This document shows positions 20,573 to 30,557 of a stretch of DNA of 64,000 nucleotides, one piece after another (within the stretch, counting starts at the first letter, position 1; every line of letters begins with the position of its first letter). The notes under the pieces were generated by a model. That model was not told the DNA's origin, searched no databases, and was given only the letters and a program-made list of their open reading frames with translations. The position numbers were made by a program, and so were the translations under genes. Source of the DNA: Terriglobia bacterium (GTDB lineage Bacteria; Acidobacteriota; Terriglobia; 20CM-2-55-15); contig CAXWPJ010000010.1 in the NCBI GenBank assembly GCA_963664115.2, forward strand, positions 288,001 through 352,000. Direction: 5' to 3'.

Positions 20573-21214
20573 GTGAAGCGTCATGCACAGAAGATCCTGG
20601 AGGGAACCTCTCACATCAGCGCCCTCGACCCAGTCATGCGCCGCATGGTGGCCCAGTGCCCGCCCCTGACTTCACTACGATTGCAGTCGAACCGATTTCA
20701 AGCGCTGGTCAACTCCATCCTGTCACAGCAGATTTCGATTCACGCTGCCCGAACCATTCGATTGCGTTTGGCGGAACTCGCTGGCCCCGACGGCGTCACG
20801 GAAAGGAGAATCAGCCAGCTCAGCCTGGTGCAACTCCGGTCCGTCGGCATATCGCGGCCAAAAGCCAACTACCTCAAAGATCTGGCCGACCAAATCCGGT
20901 CCGGCCAACTCCGGCTCAACCAGATCGGCCGTTCCAGCGATTCTGGCGTGATCGAACAACTGACCGCGGTTAAAGGAATCGGGGTCTGGACCGCTCAAAT
21001 GTTCCTGATTTTCTCTTTAGGCCGGCTGGACGTGTTCCCACACGACGACTACGCAATTCGTGCGGCAATCCAAAATCTGTACGGATTGGGGGAACTTCCC
21101 GACAAGAAGACGTCTTACCGGATCGCCGAACCCTGGAGCCCTTACCGAACAGTCGCCACATGGTATTGCTGGCGCAGCCACGAACTGGAAGCGAATAAGA
21201 GCGGAGGGACGTAA
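20573..21214 (+). CDS. AlkA-family (HhH-GPD) DNA-3-methyladenine glycosylase
   Basis: ILSQQIS, LTAVKGIGVWTAQMFLIF, VFPHDD, WSPYRT; start GTG 20573 inferred. Confidence 0.88.
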   Translation: MKRHAQKILEGTSHISALDPVMRRMVAQCPPLTSLRLQSNRFQALVNSILSQQISIHAARTIRLRLAELAGPDGVTERRISQLSLVQLRSVGISRPKANYLKDLADQIRSGQLRLNQIGRSSDSGVIEQLTAVKGIGVWTAQMFLIFSLGRLDVFPHDDYAIRAAIQNLYGLGELPDKKTSYRIAEPWSPYRTVATWYCWRSHELEANKSGGT

Positions 21215-21224
21215 GAAGGTTCAA

Positions 21225-21403
21225 ACCGCAAAGGCGCAAAGACGCAAGAAACAAGAAAAATTAGGCCGTGTAAGATTCAGCGGTATAGGGTCTTGTGGTT
21301 TCCAACGACTGTCCAGCTAACCCAACTGAGTTCGGTCGAATTAGCCTTAGATCACCTGGTCACCTATCCTGCCTTTTCCTTTGCGCCTTTGCGCCTTTGC
21401 GGT
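21225..21403 (+). mobile_element. Family A element copy A1
   Basis: ACCGCAAAGGCGCAAAGACGCAA ... TTGCGCCTTTGCGCCTTTGCGGT ends; core TTTCCAAC..GCTAACCCAACT. Confidence 0.8.
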
Positions 21404-21412
21404 AAGAAACTC

Positions 21413-22534
21413 TTATGCGGCGGAACGGCGGCCTTTGAATAGGCCTCGCAGACGGGATGGCTTTTTCGCCACTACGCGGTTCTTTCCTGCTCTTTTGGCC
21501 TCGTAAAGTGCTTCGTCCGCCCGTCGAATGACTTCTTCGACAGTTTCGCCCTCGACAAACTCTGCGGCGCCACAGCTGATAGTGAAGCGGATTTGGTCGG
21601 TCGTTTCAGCCAAAGCAAATTCGTACTGCGTTGCGGCGACCTCCGACACGAGACGATTGAAACGCTCCTCGGCACTGTCGATCCCACAGTTGCGGAGCAG
21701 GATGGCAAACTCTTCTCCACCATAGCGCGCCACCATGTCACCGGAACGAATAGACTTGCCGAAGATTTGGGCAGCACCCACAAGTACGCGGTCGGCAATC
21801 TGATGACCGTATTGATCGTTGACCTGCTTGAAGTCGTCCAGGTCAAGCATCCCCAACGTAAAACCGTTTCCGGCGCCGCCGTGGGTCTCAACCCAATCCT
21901 TGATCGTACGATCGAAGCTGCCGCGATTGGGAATTTGAGTCAGAGAATCCAGCATCGCATCCTCCTCGGCACGCTCCAGACGGTTCTGCAGAGTTTCGAT
22001 GCGGCCCGACAACTTTGAATAGCGCTCCAGATCCTTCTCTTGCTTTTCCTCCACCACACGATTCAAGCCCTGCACTTCCTCCGTGATCCGCTGTTTGAGA
22101 ACCTGCAAATCCTCGATATCCAGAAGCATCTGGAACCTCTCGGAGGAACCAAGCACACTCTCGTTGAAGTGTTCGGATTCACCGGCAAGCTTCCGCACGG
22201 TTTCTCTGAGCACATCGATAATGTCTACGAATTCGATTTCTCTGTTCAGAGCATGTTCGCGCGCACGAGTGAAGAAATCTTCGCACGCGGATATGCAGGT
22301 ATCCGCCATGGCCTCAAGCGAAGAAGGTGTCGGCACAGGGCGCCCGCATAACGCCTTCCCGAAGTCGCCGAGTAGGGCACGGAATTCTGGTGTCGTCTTC
22401 AAATGCTCATTGCTTACCGCAACATCAGAGACCAGTTCCAGTAGACGTTCTACGATGGCGATCAACTCACCCGCAGCATCCGATCCTCCACCATCCCTAT
22501 TTCCCAGCTTCAATTCAACTAATTCGTCCGACAT
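21413..22534 (-). CDS. Diguanylate cyclase (coiled-coil + GGEEF)
   Basis: DSLTQIPNR, DLDDFKQVND, RSGD I-site, RYGGEEF. Confidence 0.92.
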   Translation of the reverse strand: MSDELVELKLGNRDGGGSDAAGELIAIVERLLELVSDVAVSNEHLKTTPEFRALLGDFGKALCGRPVPTPSSLEAMADTCISACEDFFTRAREHALNREIEFVDIIDVLRETVRKLAGESEHFNESVLGSSERFQMLLDIEDLQVLKQRITEEVQGLNRVVEEKQEKDLERYSKLSGRIETLQNRLERAEEDAMLDSLTQIPNRGSFDRTIKDWVETHGGAGNGFTLGMLDLDDFKQVNDQYGHQIADRVLVGAAQIFGKSIRSGDMVARYGGEEFAILLRNCGIDSAEERFNRLVSEVAATQYEFALAETTDQIRFTISCGAAEFVEGETVEEVIRRADEALYEAKRAGKNRVVAKKPSRLRGLFKGRRSAA

Positions 22535-22566
22535 GCACTCTCCTGCAATAGATACACTTGAATACT

Positions 22567-22594
22567 CAATCGGAGTATTGAGTTCAATACTTTA
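22567..22594 (-). promoter_or_regulatory. Possible sigma28-type promoter of the diguanylate cyclase
   Basis: Minus strand TAAA-N16-TCCGATTG versus consensus TAAA-N15-GCCGATAA. Confidence 0.35.
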
Positions 22595-22681
22595 GCCCGC
22601 GGATCCCCTAAAAGCGCTGGGCGCTCTAAGCCATTGATTCATATGGGTCAGCAGGCAAGCTACGACAGGGGAATGACCATC

Positions 22682-22857
22682 ACCGCAAAGGCGCAAAGAC
22701 GCAAAGTAATTCGAAGAGATATGTCGTGTCAGATTTAGCGGGATGAACTCGTGTGGGTTTCCAACAACTGTGTTGCTAACCCAACTGCTGCTGGCTCAAC
22801 TAGACGTTGGCAGCCTATTCGGTCTTTTCTTCCTTCGCGTCTTTGCGCCTTTGCGGT
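22682..22857 (+). mobile_element. Family A element copy A2
   Basis: Same periodic inverted ends; core TTTCCAACAACTGTGTTGCTAACCCAACT. Confidence 0.8.
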
Positions 22858-22867
22858 GAAAGCTCTT

Positions 22868-24850
22868 CTAGAGCAAGGAGATGGGGTCGACGTCGATGAC
22901 GACACGGGTCGGGGAGATTTTGTGCTCACTCATGTAGGCCTGAAGCTGCTTCAGGAGGCGGTGCAGAGGCGCCCTCGATGCGGATTTGATCAACAACTGG
23001 TGGCGGAAAGTCCGGTTGATTTTCTCCAGGGGCGCGGCGGCGGGTCCCAGGATGCGCACCGACCGCGTGCGGACACTATCGAAGAAGTCACCGATTTCCC
23101 GAGCGAGCCCGGCGGCTTTCTCCCGGCTCCGCTCCAGAACCATGACACCGGCCAACGCTGTAAACGGTGGATAGAACATGGCCCTTCGGAATTGGACTTC
23201 GCGGGCATAAAACGCTTCAAACTTCTGTGTCGAAGCGAGTTGAAAGGTATAGTGCGCGGGGAAATAGCTTTGAATAATCACTTGTCCGGGCGTGTCCCCG
23301 CGCCCGGACCGACCGGCCACCTGGGTCAAAAGTTGGAAGGTACGTTCGGCCGCCCTGAAATCAGGCAGCGAAAGAGCGCTGTCGGCCCCAACCACTCCGA
23401 CCAGCGTCACCTTGGGAAAATCGTGACCCTTCGCAACCATCTGGGTTCCCACAAGAATGTCGAGTTCTCCGTCTCGAAAAGCCGTGAGGACACGGTCGTA
23501 ATCTCGCAATTGGCGCATCGTGTCACGATCCACCCGCCCGATACGGGCAGTCGGGAATCTCTCCTTCAGCAGAGCTTCCAACTGCTGGGTTCCCTCCCCG
23601 ACATACTGAATGAATTCGCTCCTACACTCCGGGCAGGTGGATTCAGGCTTCCGCGTAAGACCACAATAGTGGCATAGCAACCGCTCGATCGTGCGGTGGT
23701 AGGTCATCGAGACACTGCAGTCCCGGCACTCAAACGAATAGCCGCAGTGACGGCATAGTAAGAACATCGAAAAGCCACGGCGGTTCAAGAGGACAATGGT
23801 TTGTTCCTCACGCTTAAGGCGGTCCTCGATACCGTCCATCAAGGCCCGGCATAATACGACCTGCTCTCCCTGCTGGACGTATTCGTCGCGCATGTTGATG
23901 ATTTCTACCTTTGGAAGAGGTCGCTCCTCGACTCGATCCGGAAGGTGGACATAGACATACCGTTTTGTTTCCGCGTTTCGAAACGACTCCATCGAAGGCG
24001 TGGCTGACCCCAGCACAGTGACGGCACCCGCCATCTTCGCCCGCATCACAGCGCAGTCACGGCCATGGTAGCGTGGCAATTCACCCTGCTTGTAGCTCCC
24101 CTCGTGTTCTTCATCGACAACGATCAAGCCAAGATTCTTAAGGGGGGCGAACAATGCGGAGCGAGTCCCGATCACGATCGACGCGACACCGTTGTAGATC
24201 CTGAGCCATTCGTTGATGCGTTGTTTTGAAGTCAGAGAACTGTGCAGAACCGCAAGTCGCGAACCGAAGCGCTTTATAAAGCGCTCACGTAGCTGCGGAG
24301 TCAGCCCAATCTCGGGAACCATGACAAGTGCGGTCTTTCCCAGGCGTTGGAAGTGCTCCACGCTGCGCATGTAGATTTCGGTTTTGCCACTGCCGGTGAC
24401 GCCATGCAAGAGCACGGTGTTGAACCCGTCCTCTCGTGTGATGGCAGTCAAAGCACTCTCCTGGGCGGATGTCAAAAGAGGAACCGAGGGCAGAATGTGA
24501 GGCCGCGGGGGGGAGGGGTTAAACTGGGCCAAATGTTTCGCAGTGATTGCCGGTGGCAGGGCACTCTTGAGCACTTCGCCGAGCGGGGCCAGGTAGTAGT
24601 CCGCAATCCACCGGCAGAGTTCGAAGATGTCCTCACGGATCAACGGTTCCGGATCAAGAACCTCCAGCACCTGACGAATCTCATTCAATCCCTCAGGTTT
24701 GTCTTTCCTGAATCCAACGACAAATCCCTGCACCTCGCGGTTTTTGAAGGGAACTCTGACACGTGCAGGAAGCGGCGTTTCACCAGTAACCTCATACACG
24801 AAGGTCTGTGGAAATGGGAGGCAGACGGCAACGTCGGCGTACATAGACAA
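22868..24850 (-). CDS. priA: Primosomal protein N'
   Basis: GVTGSGKT, DEEH, four CxxC, GTQMVAKGHDFP, QVAGRSGR. Confidence 0.95.
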   Translation of the reverse strand: MSMYADVAVCLPFPQTFVYEVTGETPLPARVRVPFKNREVQGFVVGFRKDKPEGLNEIRQVLEVLDPEPLIREDIFELCRWIADYYLAPLGEVLKSALPPAITAKHLAQFNPSPPRPHILPSVPLLTSAQESALTAITREDGFNTVLLHGVTGSGKTEIYMRSVEHFQRLGKTALVMVPEIGLTPQLRERFIKRFGSRLAVLHSSLTSKQRINEWLRIYNGVASIVIGTRSALFAPLKNLGLIVVDEEHEGSYKQGELPRYHGRDCAVMRAKMAGAVTVLGSATPSMESFRNAETKRYVYVHLPDRVEERPLPKVEIINMRDEYVQQGEQVVLCRALMDGIEDRLKREEQTIVLLNRRGFSMFLLCRHCGYSFECRDCSVSMTYHRTIERLLCHYCGLTRKPESTCPECRSEFIQYVGEGTQQLEALLKERFPTARIGRVDRDTMRQLRDYDRVLTAFRDGELDILVGTQMVAKGHDFPKVTLVGVVGADSALSLPDFRAAERTFQLLTQVAGRSGRGDTPGQVIIQSYFPAHYTFQLASTQKFEAFYAREVQFRRAMFYPPFTALAGVMVLERSREKAAGLAREIGDFFDSVRTRSVRILGPAAAPLEKINRTFRHQLLIKSASRAPLHRLLKQLQAYMSEHKISPTRVVIDVDPISLL

Positions 24851-24876
24851 TCCGTGGCTTGAGCGTCCGATTGGAA

Positions 24877-25542
24877 CTAGCCCTCGGCCAGAGAGTTGAG
24901 TGCTTCCCGAATCTGCTTCATGTCTTCCCAGACTTCACGCTTCTTCGCAGGATTGCGCAACAGATAGGCCGGATGGAAGGTAGCAATGAAACGGATGCCT
25001 TCGATGTCATGAAAGCGGCCGCGCAATTTCGATATGGGAACCTTCATGCCGAGCATCGTTTGGGATGCGAACGTTCCCAGGCAACACACGATCTGCGGGC
25101 GCACCGCTTCCAGTTGCTGGCGCAGGAACGGGCTGCAGGTTTCCACTTCATCGGCTTCTGGATTGCGGTTCTTCGGGGGACGGCACTTGAGTACATTGCA
25201 AATATAGACATCGTTTCGTTCAATACCAATGGACTCGATGATCTTCGTCAGGAGTTGTCCGGCCCGTCCTACGAACGGCAGACCCTGGCGGTCCTCCTCC
25301 GAACCCGGCGCCTCGCCGATGAACATGAGCCTCGCATCGGGATTGCCTGAACCGAACACGATCGATGTTCTGGATCCGGAGAGCTTACACCGACTACAAT
25401 CGCCGAGTTCCTCGCGTATATCATCCAGCGTCATCCGGGCCTCAACCTGTGGGTCAGACGAACCAAGCTCTCCAATATCCAGGTGGGAAATGCCGATGTC
25501 TCTAAAAAACTGAAGCTGTGCGACGAGTTCATCTCGATTCAT
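24877..25542 (-). CDS. Family 4 uracil-DNA glycosylase
   Basis: CSRC, GEAPG, LKCRPP.NR, TFHPAYLLR. Confidence 0.93.
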   Translation of the reverse strand: MNRDELVAQLQFFRDIGISHLDIGELGSSDPQVEARMTLDDIREELGDCSRCKLSGSRTSIVFGSGNPDARLMFIGEAPGSEEDRQGLPFVGRAGQLLTKIIESIGIERNDVYICNVLKCRPPKNRNPEADEVETCSPFLRQQLEAVRPQIVCCLGTFASQTMLGMKVPISKLRGRFHDIEGIRFIATFHPAYLLRNPAKKREVWEDMKQIREALNSLAEG

Positions 25543-25582
25543 TTCGACGATCCCTCACACCTCAACGGCGTCGACCGATTCG

Positions 25583-25665
25583 TTTCAACACGAAGAAACG
25601 AAGCACACGAAGTTTCTTGAATTTTATCGAAACCAATCCGCTTCTTCGTGGCCTTCGTGTTGAAA
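25583..25665. repeat. Family B (ACGAAG-periodic) palindromic element copy B1
   Basis: Perfect 13-bp ends TTTCAACACGAAG / CTTCGTGTTGAAA with tandem ACGAAG units. Confidence 0.75.
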
Positions 25666-25692
25666 ACACACCCTCTTAACTGAGACGGAATT

Positions 25693-26907
25693 CTAGAGGA
25701 ACGGTATGACCCGATCGATAATGCGGTGGGCCACCTCGACCTTCGACATCAGCGGCAAATCTTCTCGGACGCCGTTCGAGTCCACGATGCTCGCTTGACT
25801 AGTATCACCGTCAAAAGCCGAATCCGGTCCCGAAACACCATTGATCACAATGAGGTCCAGGTTCTTCGAGCGCAACTTTTCGAGACCGAATTCGATGTGA
25901 TTTTCTGTCTCGGCTGCAAACCCAACGAGGACTGTACCGTTTTTCGAATTTCCGATTTCACCAAGAATGTCGGAGGTCGGCTCAAACCGGACGTCGAGAC
26001 CGGAACCCTTCTTGATTTTTTGGCGAGCAGTTTCGGCGGGCCGGAAATCCAGAGGCGCAGCCGCTTTTACGACAACGTCTGCACCGGGTAGATGCTCAAG
26101 AACGGCATCTCGCATTTCACCGGTAGTGCGAACCCGGATCGTCCCTGGAAATTCCAGCTCTGTAGGTCCCGAAATCAGTGTAACTTCCCCACCGCGCTCG
26201 GTGACCGCACGAGCCACGGCAAACCCCATTTTGCCTGATGAACGATTGCTGATGAAACGCACCGGGTCGATGTCCTCTACAGTCGGGCCTGCGGTCACCA
26301 GAACGCGTTTGTCTTTTAAATCACGCCGGCGTTCCAGTACAGAAACAACGTATTCAACGATGTGATCAACATCCGCCAGACGACCCGGACCATAGGTCCC
26401 GCAGGCCATTTCTCCGACGTCTGGATCGATGACACGGACTCCGCGCTGTCTGAGTGCACTCAGATTACTCTGCACGGCCGGATGCCTCCACATCTGCGTG
26501 TTCATAGCCGGGGCAATCACAACCGTCGACTCAAAGGCCAGGTGAAAGGTGGTCAGGAAATTATTTGCGATTCCCGACGCCATCCGAGCGATACAGTCGG
26601 CCGTGGCCGGAGCCACGAGAAAGAGATCCACTGACTGCGCCAGGAAGATGTGGTCGAAAGAACCTTCGAATGCTGCGCCCGGGGAAGCCCCTTCGAACAT
26701 GTCGGAATACACCTTGTTTCCGGACAAAGCTGCGAAGGTGAGGGGGGTCACGAAGCGCCGGGCATTCGGAGTCATGATGACTACAACATCAAATCCCCGA
26801 TCCTGGAGTCGGCGAAGAATCTCCGCTGACTTGTAACAAGCGATCCCACCGCTGACTCCGAGCGCGATCTTTTGCTTCTGACGTGTCTTCGCCGTGTCGT
26901 CGGCCAT
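25693..26907 (-). CDS. coaBC: Phosphopantothenoylcysteine decarboxylase/ligase
   Basis: GGIACYK, APAMN, ACGTYGPGR, DPVRFISNRSSGKMG. Confidence 0.96.
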   Translation of the reverse strand: MADDTAKTRQKQKIALGVSGGIACYKSAEILRRLQDRGFDVVVIMTPNARRFVTPLTFAALSGNKVYSDMFEGASPGAAFEGSFDHIFLAQSVDLFLVAPATADCIARMASGIANNFLTTFHLAFESTVVIAPAMNTQMWRHPAVQSNLSALRQRGVRVIDPDVGEMACGTYGPGRLADVDHIVEYVVSVLERRRDLKDKRVLVTAGPTVEDIDPVRFISNRSSGKMGFAVARAVTERGGEVTLISGPTELEFPGTIRVRTTGEMRDAVLEHLPGADVVVKAAAPLDFRPAETARQKIKKGSGLDVRFEPTSDILGEIGNSKNGTVLVGFAAETENHIEFGLEKLRSKNLDLIVINGVSGPDSAFDGDTSQASIVDSNGVREDLPLMSKVEVAHRIIDRVIPFL

Positions 26908-26941
26908 GTTCTATGCCATTTAAACCGGCCCTTAGCTCCGG

Positions 26942-27136
26942 CTATTGTTTCTTAATCTTTTTGGGAATCGTAAAAGATATCAGGTCCTCGAGTACTTCCT
27001 GCTGCGCGACCTGCGTCGCCTTGCGACCCTCGTCGTCAATCAACGGACGACTCCCACTTTGTAGCTGCCGCGCACGCAGCGCCGAGATAATTACGAATCG
27101 GTATTTACTGTCAACTGACTCTGGAATCTCTATCAA
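26942..27136 (-). CDS. rpoZ: RNA polymerase omega subunit
   Basis: SKYRFVIISALRARQL; gmk-rpoZ-coaBC order. Confidence 0.9.
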   Translation of the reverse strand: MIEIPESVDSKYRFVIISALRARQLQSGSRPLIDDEGRKATQVAQQEVLEDLISFTIPKKIKKQ

Positions 27137-27750
27137 TCCATACCTCCAAAAGAAGCAATGATCTCACGTATTCGTTCCTCCTGGCAGATCGGTCGGGCCG
27201 ACCCCGAACGTACAATCGCCTCCAGGAGTCCGAATGATTCGTCTAACTTGTCGTTGATGACAACGTAATCATAATCGTTGTATCTCAGGATTTCCTTCTT
27301 CGCAATAGCCAGACGTCTTCGAATCGTTTCGTCGTCCTCAAGACGACGTTCCTTCAAACGGCGCTCCAGTTCAGTGAACGAGGGGGGCATCAGGAAAATC
27401 GTTACCGCTCCCTCGATCTGGTCCTTGACCTGCTGCGCTCCCTGGACATCGATATCCAGTATGACTGCATGTCCCGAGGCTATGTTTTCTTCAACAAACT
27501 GCCGCGAAGTCCCGTACAGGTTCCCATGGTATTCGGCCGACTCCAGAAACTCCCGCCGGTCGACCATTCCTTGAAATTCATCCCGGTCGATAAAGAAGTA
27601 CTCAATACCGTCCTCTTCATGTCCCCTCGGAGTCCGAGTCGTGTAGGAAATCGAAAAAAGCAGGTGATCGAACTTCGTGACTAGGTGCTGGAGTAATGTG
27701 GTTTTCCCGGAGCCCGAGGGCGCCGACACGATGTAAAGATTTTCGCGCAT
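27133..27750 (-). CDS. gmk: Guanylate kinase
   Basis: APSGSGKT, SYTTRTPR, YGTS, LDIDVQG. Confidence 0.96.
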   Translation of the reverse strand: MRENLYIVSAPSGSGKTTLLQHLVTKFDHLLFSISYTTRTPRGHEEDGIEYFFIDRDEFQGMVDRREFLESAEYHGNLYGTSRQFVEENIASGHAVILDIDVQGAQQVKDQIEGAVTIFLMPPSFTELERRLKERRLEDDETIRRRLAIAKKEILRYNDYDYVVINDKLDESFGLLEAIVRSGSARPICQEERIREIIASFGGMD

Positions 27751-27787
27751 CGGCCAATTAACTAATATAGCTCACTTGGCTCCCGGT

Positions 27788-27876
27788 TAAAAAGGGGTCA
27801 GAGCCCTATATTCCCTATTTCCTACACGATTCCTTCGAACTCAAAAATAGGAATATAGGGCTCTGACCCCTTTTTA
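27788..27876. repeat. Long GGGGTCAGA-tipped inverted repeat (about 32-bp arms)
   Basis: TAAAAAGGGGTCAGAGCCCTATATTCCCTATTT ... AAATAGGAATATAGGGCTCTGACCCCTTTTTA; the right arm includes the yicC stop. Confidence 0.8.
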
Positions 27877-28773
27877 TTCGATGTTTTGGACTTGTTCGCG
27901 GAGCTTGTCGATTTCGACTTTAATCTCGATCGCGGCCTCGCCAATGCTGATTCCCGACTGGTTCAAACCCGAGGTCTTCGACAAAATGGTGGTCGCCTCG
28001 CGATTCATCTCCTGCAAAAGAAAGTCCAGCCTCTTGCCGGCCTCGGCCTTGCGCGACGTGATTTCACTGAAATGGTCCAGGTGGCTCGCTAAACGCGTAA
28101 TTTCTTCAGCAATATCGCTCTTTTCGGCATGGATGAGAGCCTCAATTTCGAGTCGATTGCTATCCACGTTCAGGTTCGGTGCCAGCTCCGCGACCCGGCT
28201 TGTCAGAAGCTCCCGGTAATGCTGGAGCAGCACTGTGGCACCCTGACGGATGGTCTCAAGGTGGCCGCGGATAGTCTCGATTCGCTGCTCCAAATCTTTG
28301 ACAAGCGCCTTTCCTTCTTTCTTGCGCATCTCCAATACCTGTTCGATGGCAGCCAGCGAAGCCTTTTCGAGATTCTGGGACACGGACAACTGCTCCTCGG
28401 AAGCCAAATTATTACTGGACACTGTAATGGCGCCTGGCAACTTGGATATGGCCTCCAGGGTCAAGTCTCCGGTGATAGGAAAACGGTGTTGGAGTTCTCG
28501 GACGAGCTCGATGTAGGACTCGATGAGTGCCGGATCGGCCTCAATCTTCACACCCTCTGTCGTCAACTCGATCTTCACGAAGATGTCCACGCGTCCGCGG
28601 CGCAACTTGCCCGATACGGTTTTTCTTACGACAGGCTCCAAACTTTGAAACTCAGCCGGCAGTCGTATATGAAGGTCCAGATGGCGATGGTTAACCGTCT
28701 TGGCGTCCACAGAAATGGTCAGGTTCGGGACTTCAGCGCGGCCCGAGCCGAACCCGGTCATGCTCAATATCAT
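27874..28773 (-). CDS. YicC/YloC family endoribonuclease
   Basis: SMTGFG, VNHRHLD, DIAEEITRL, GKRLDFLLQEMNRE, REQVQNIE. Confidence 0.93.
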   Translation of the reverse strand: MILSMTGFGSGRAEVPNLTISVDAKTVNHRHLDLHIRLPAEFQSLEPVVRKTVSGKLRRGRVDIFVKIELTTEGVKIEADPALIESYIELVRELQHRFPITGDLTLEAISKLPGAITVSSNNLASEEQLSVSQNLEKASLAAIEQVLEMRKKEGKALVKDLEQRIETIRGHLETIRQGATVLLQHYRELLTSRVAELAPNLNVDSNRLEIEALIHAEKSDIAEEITRLASHLDHFSEITSRKAEAGKRLDFLLQEMNREATTILSKTSGLNQSGISIGEAAIEIKVEIDKLREQVQNIE

Positions 28774-30557
28774 GAAGGTACATCCTCAAATTGGAGTTGG
28801 TGAAGCTTCCAGTACAGCCCACGGCGTAAGATCAATTCGTCATGGGTTCCCTGCTCGACGACACGGCCATCGGAAAGCGCAAGGATGCGGTCTGCATGCC
28901 TCACCGTGGAGAGGCGGTGGGCGATGACAATCGTTGTCCGGCCCTCCATGAGGTTAGCCAGAGCGCGTTGAACGAGCGCCTCCGACTCGGTATCGAGCGA
29001 AGACGTTGCCTCGTCAAGAATCAGAATCGGCGCATTTTTGAGCAGCGCACGAGCGATGGAAATACGTTGGCGCTCTCCACCGGAGAGCCGCAATCCCCTC
29101 TCTCCGATGACGGTCTCGTATCCTTCAGGCAAACCGGATACAAAATCATCGACAAGAGCGGCACGCGCTGCCGACCGCATGTCCTCTTCAGTGGCCTTCG
29201 GGTTACCATAAGCGATGTTGGTTCGAATCGTATCGTTGAAAAGAATGACATCCTGAGTCACCATGGCGATCTTGTCGCGAAGAGAGCGCAACTTGAATCC
29301 ACGGACATCGGCCCCATCAATCTCAACGCTACCATCGCTGACATCGTAAAAGCGCGGCAGCAGGTTCACCAGCGTTGTTTTTCCGACACCGCTGGGGCCC
29401 ACCAGGGCCAATACCTCCCCGGCCAAAAGAGTGAATGAGATACCGTTAAGAATCGTTTCTCCGGATGAGTACTCGAAGCGGACTTCGCGGAATTCAATCG
29501 CATGGCGAAACTCATCCAGGTCCCGCTGTCCCGGATCGGGCTCCACATCCGAGCGCAGAATCTCGAACAGCTTTTCCGAAGCCCCTATGGCTTGCTGAAA
29601 GGAATTATTGATGCCGCTCATTCTGCGGATAGGGTCATACAATTTGATGACCGCAATAATGAAAGCCAGGAACAAGCCAACGCTCATCCGTCCGGCTTGA
29701 ATCTCGTTTCGAGCGTATAGCAAGAGCCCCACAACCACGAAAATCCCCAGGATTTCCATCAGGGGGGACGAGAGCGCCCACGTCAACCGTTGCCGGATGC
29801 TCAAGCGAAACACCCGGTTTGCAGCCCCCCGGAACTTGGCTAGCTCCGCCGCCTCCATCGTGAAGATTTTTACGATGCGGTTTCCTGAAAATGTCTCGAA
29901 CAGGATATTGGCCATGCCGGCCATTTCCTCCTGGGTGGAGTGGCTCAAGCGCCTCAAACGTCTGCCAAACCATACCGCCGGGTATAAAACCAAGGGCACC
30001 AGAATCAGGGAGCTGATCGCCAGTCTCCAGTCAATCAGGAAGATTGCTGCGAGAAGAAACAGAAGGATGGCCGCTTGCTTCAGGAACTCGGCCAGGGTCT
30101 CCGAGACCGCGCTCTGCACTTTTTCCACGTCAGCAGAAACACGGGAAATCAGTTCTCCCGTCGGATATCGTGCAAAGAACGCTATAGGTTGGGACACGAT
30201 GGAGCTATAGACATCGGTTCGAAGATCCCGGACAACAGATTGCCCGAGGTACGCGGTAGCGGCAATGGAACCATATTCCGCGATGGCTTTCAGAATCGTG
30301 ACAAGCACGAGAGCCGCGAGCAACCAGATCCCGTACTGCTGTGGAATATTCAGCGGGATGTCGAAAAACGGCGTAACCAATGGCGGTGTCTCGGATTGCA
30401 CCAGGACCGTGTCGAACACCATGCCGATCAGGAAGGGCGACACCGCTTCAAGAATACCGACCACGCCAACAAACAGAAGCGCAATGACCAGCGTCCAGGC
30501 GTAAGGCCTCAAGTATTTTCGAAGTTCGGGCAGTGCGGACTGTGCGGTCTCACTCAC
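28770..30557 (-). CDS. MsbA-like ABC exporter
   Basis: TMD plus GPSGVGKT, LSGGERQR, ILDEATSSLD. Confidence 0.88.
   Translation of the reverse strand: MSETAQSALPELRKYLRPYAWTLVIALLFVGVVGILEAVSPFLIGMVFDTVLVQSETPPLVTPFFDIPLNIPQQYGIWLLAALVLVTILKAIAEYGSIAATAYLGQSVVRDLRTDVYSSIVSQPIAFFARYPTGELISRVSADVEKVQSAVSETLAEFLKQAAILLFLLAAIFLIDWRLAISSLILVPLVLYPAVWFGRRLRRLSHSTQEEMAGMANILFETFSGNRIVKIFTMEAAELAKFRGAANRVFRLSIRQRLTWALSSPLMEILGIFVVVGLLLYARNEIQAGRMSVGLFLAFIIAVIKLYDPIRRMSGINNSFQQAIGASEKLFEILRSDVEPDPGQRDLDEFRHAIEFREVRFEYSSGETILNGISFTLLAGEVLALVGPSGVGKTTLVNLLPRFYDVSDGSVEIDGADVRGFKLRSLRDKIAMVTQDVILFNDTIRTNIAYGNPKATEEDMRSAARAALVDDFVSGLPEGYETVIGERGLRLSGGERQRISIARALLKNAPILILDEATSSLDTESEALVQRALANLMEGRTTIVIAHRLSTVRHADRILALSDGRVVEQGTHDELILRRGLYWKLHQLQFEDVPS

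Noticed and set aside
22751-23677. Long antisense ORFs (e.g. 22751-23677, 35219-36331, 49867-50835, 54267-55394, 58940-59941)
   Set aside because: They shadow well-supported genes in GC-rich DNA and show no recognisable motifs
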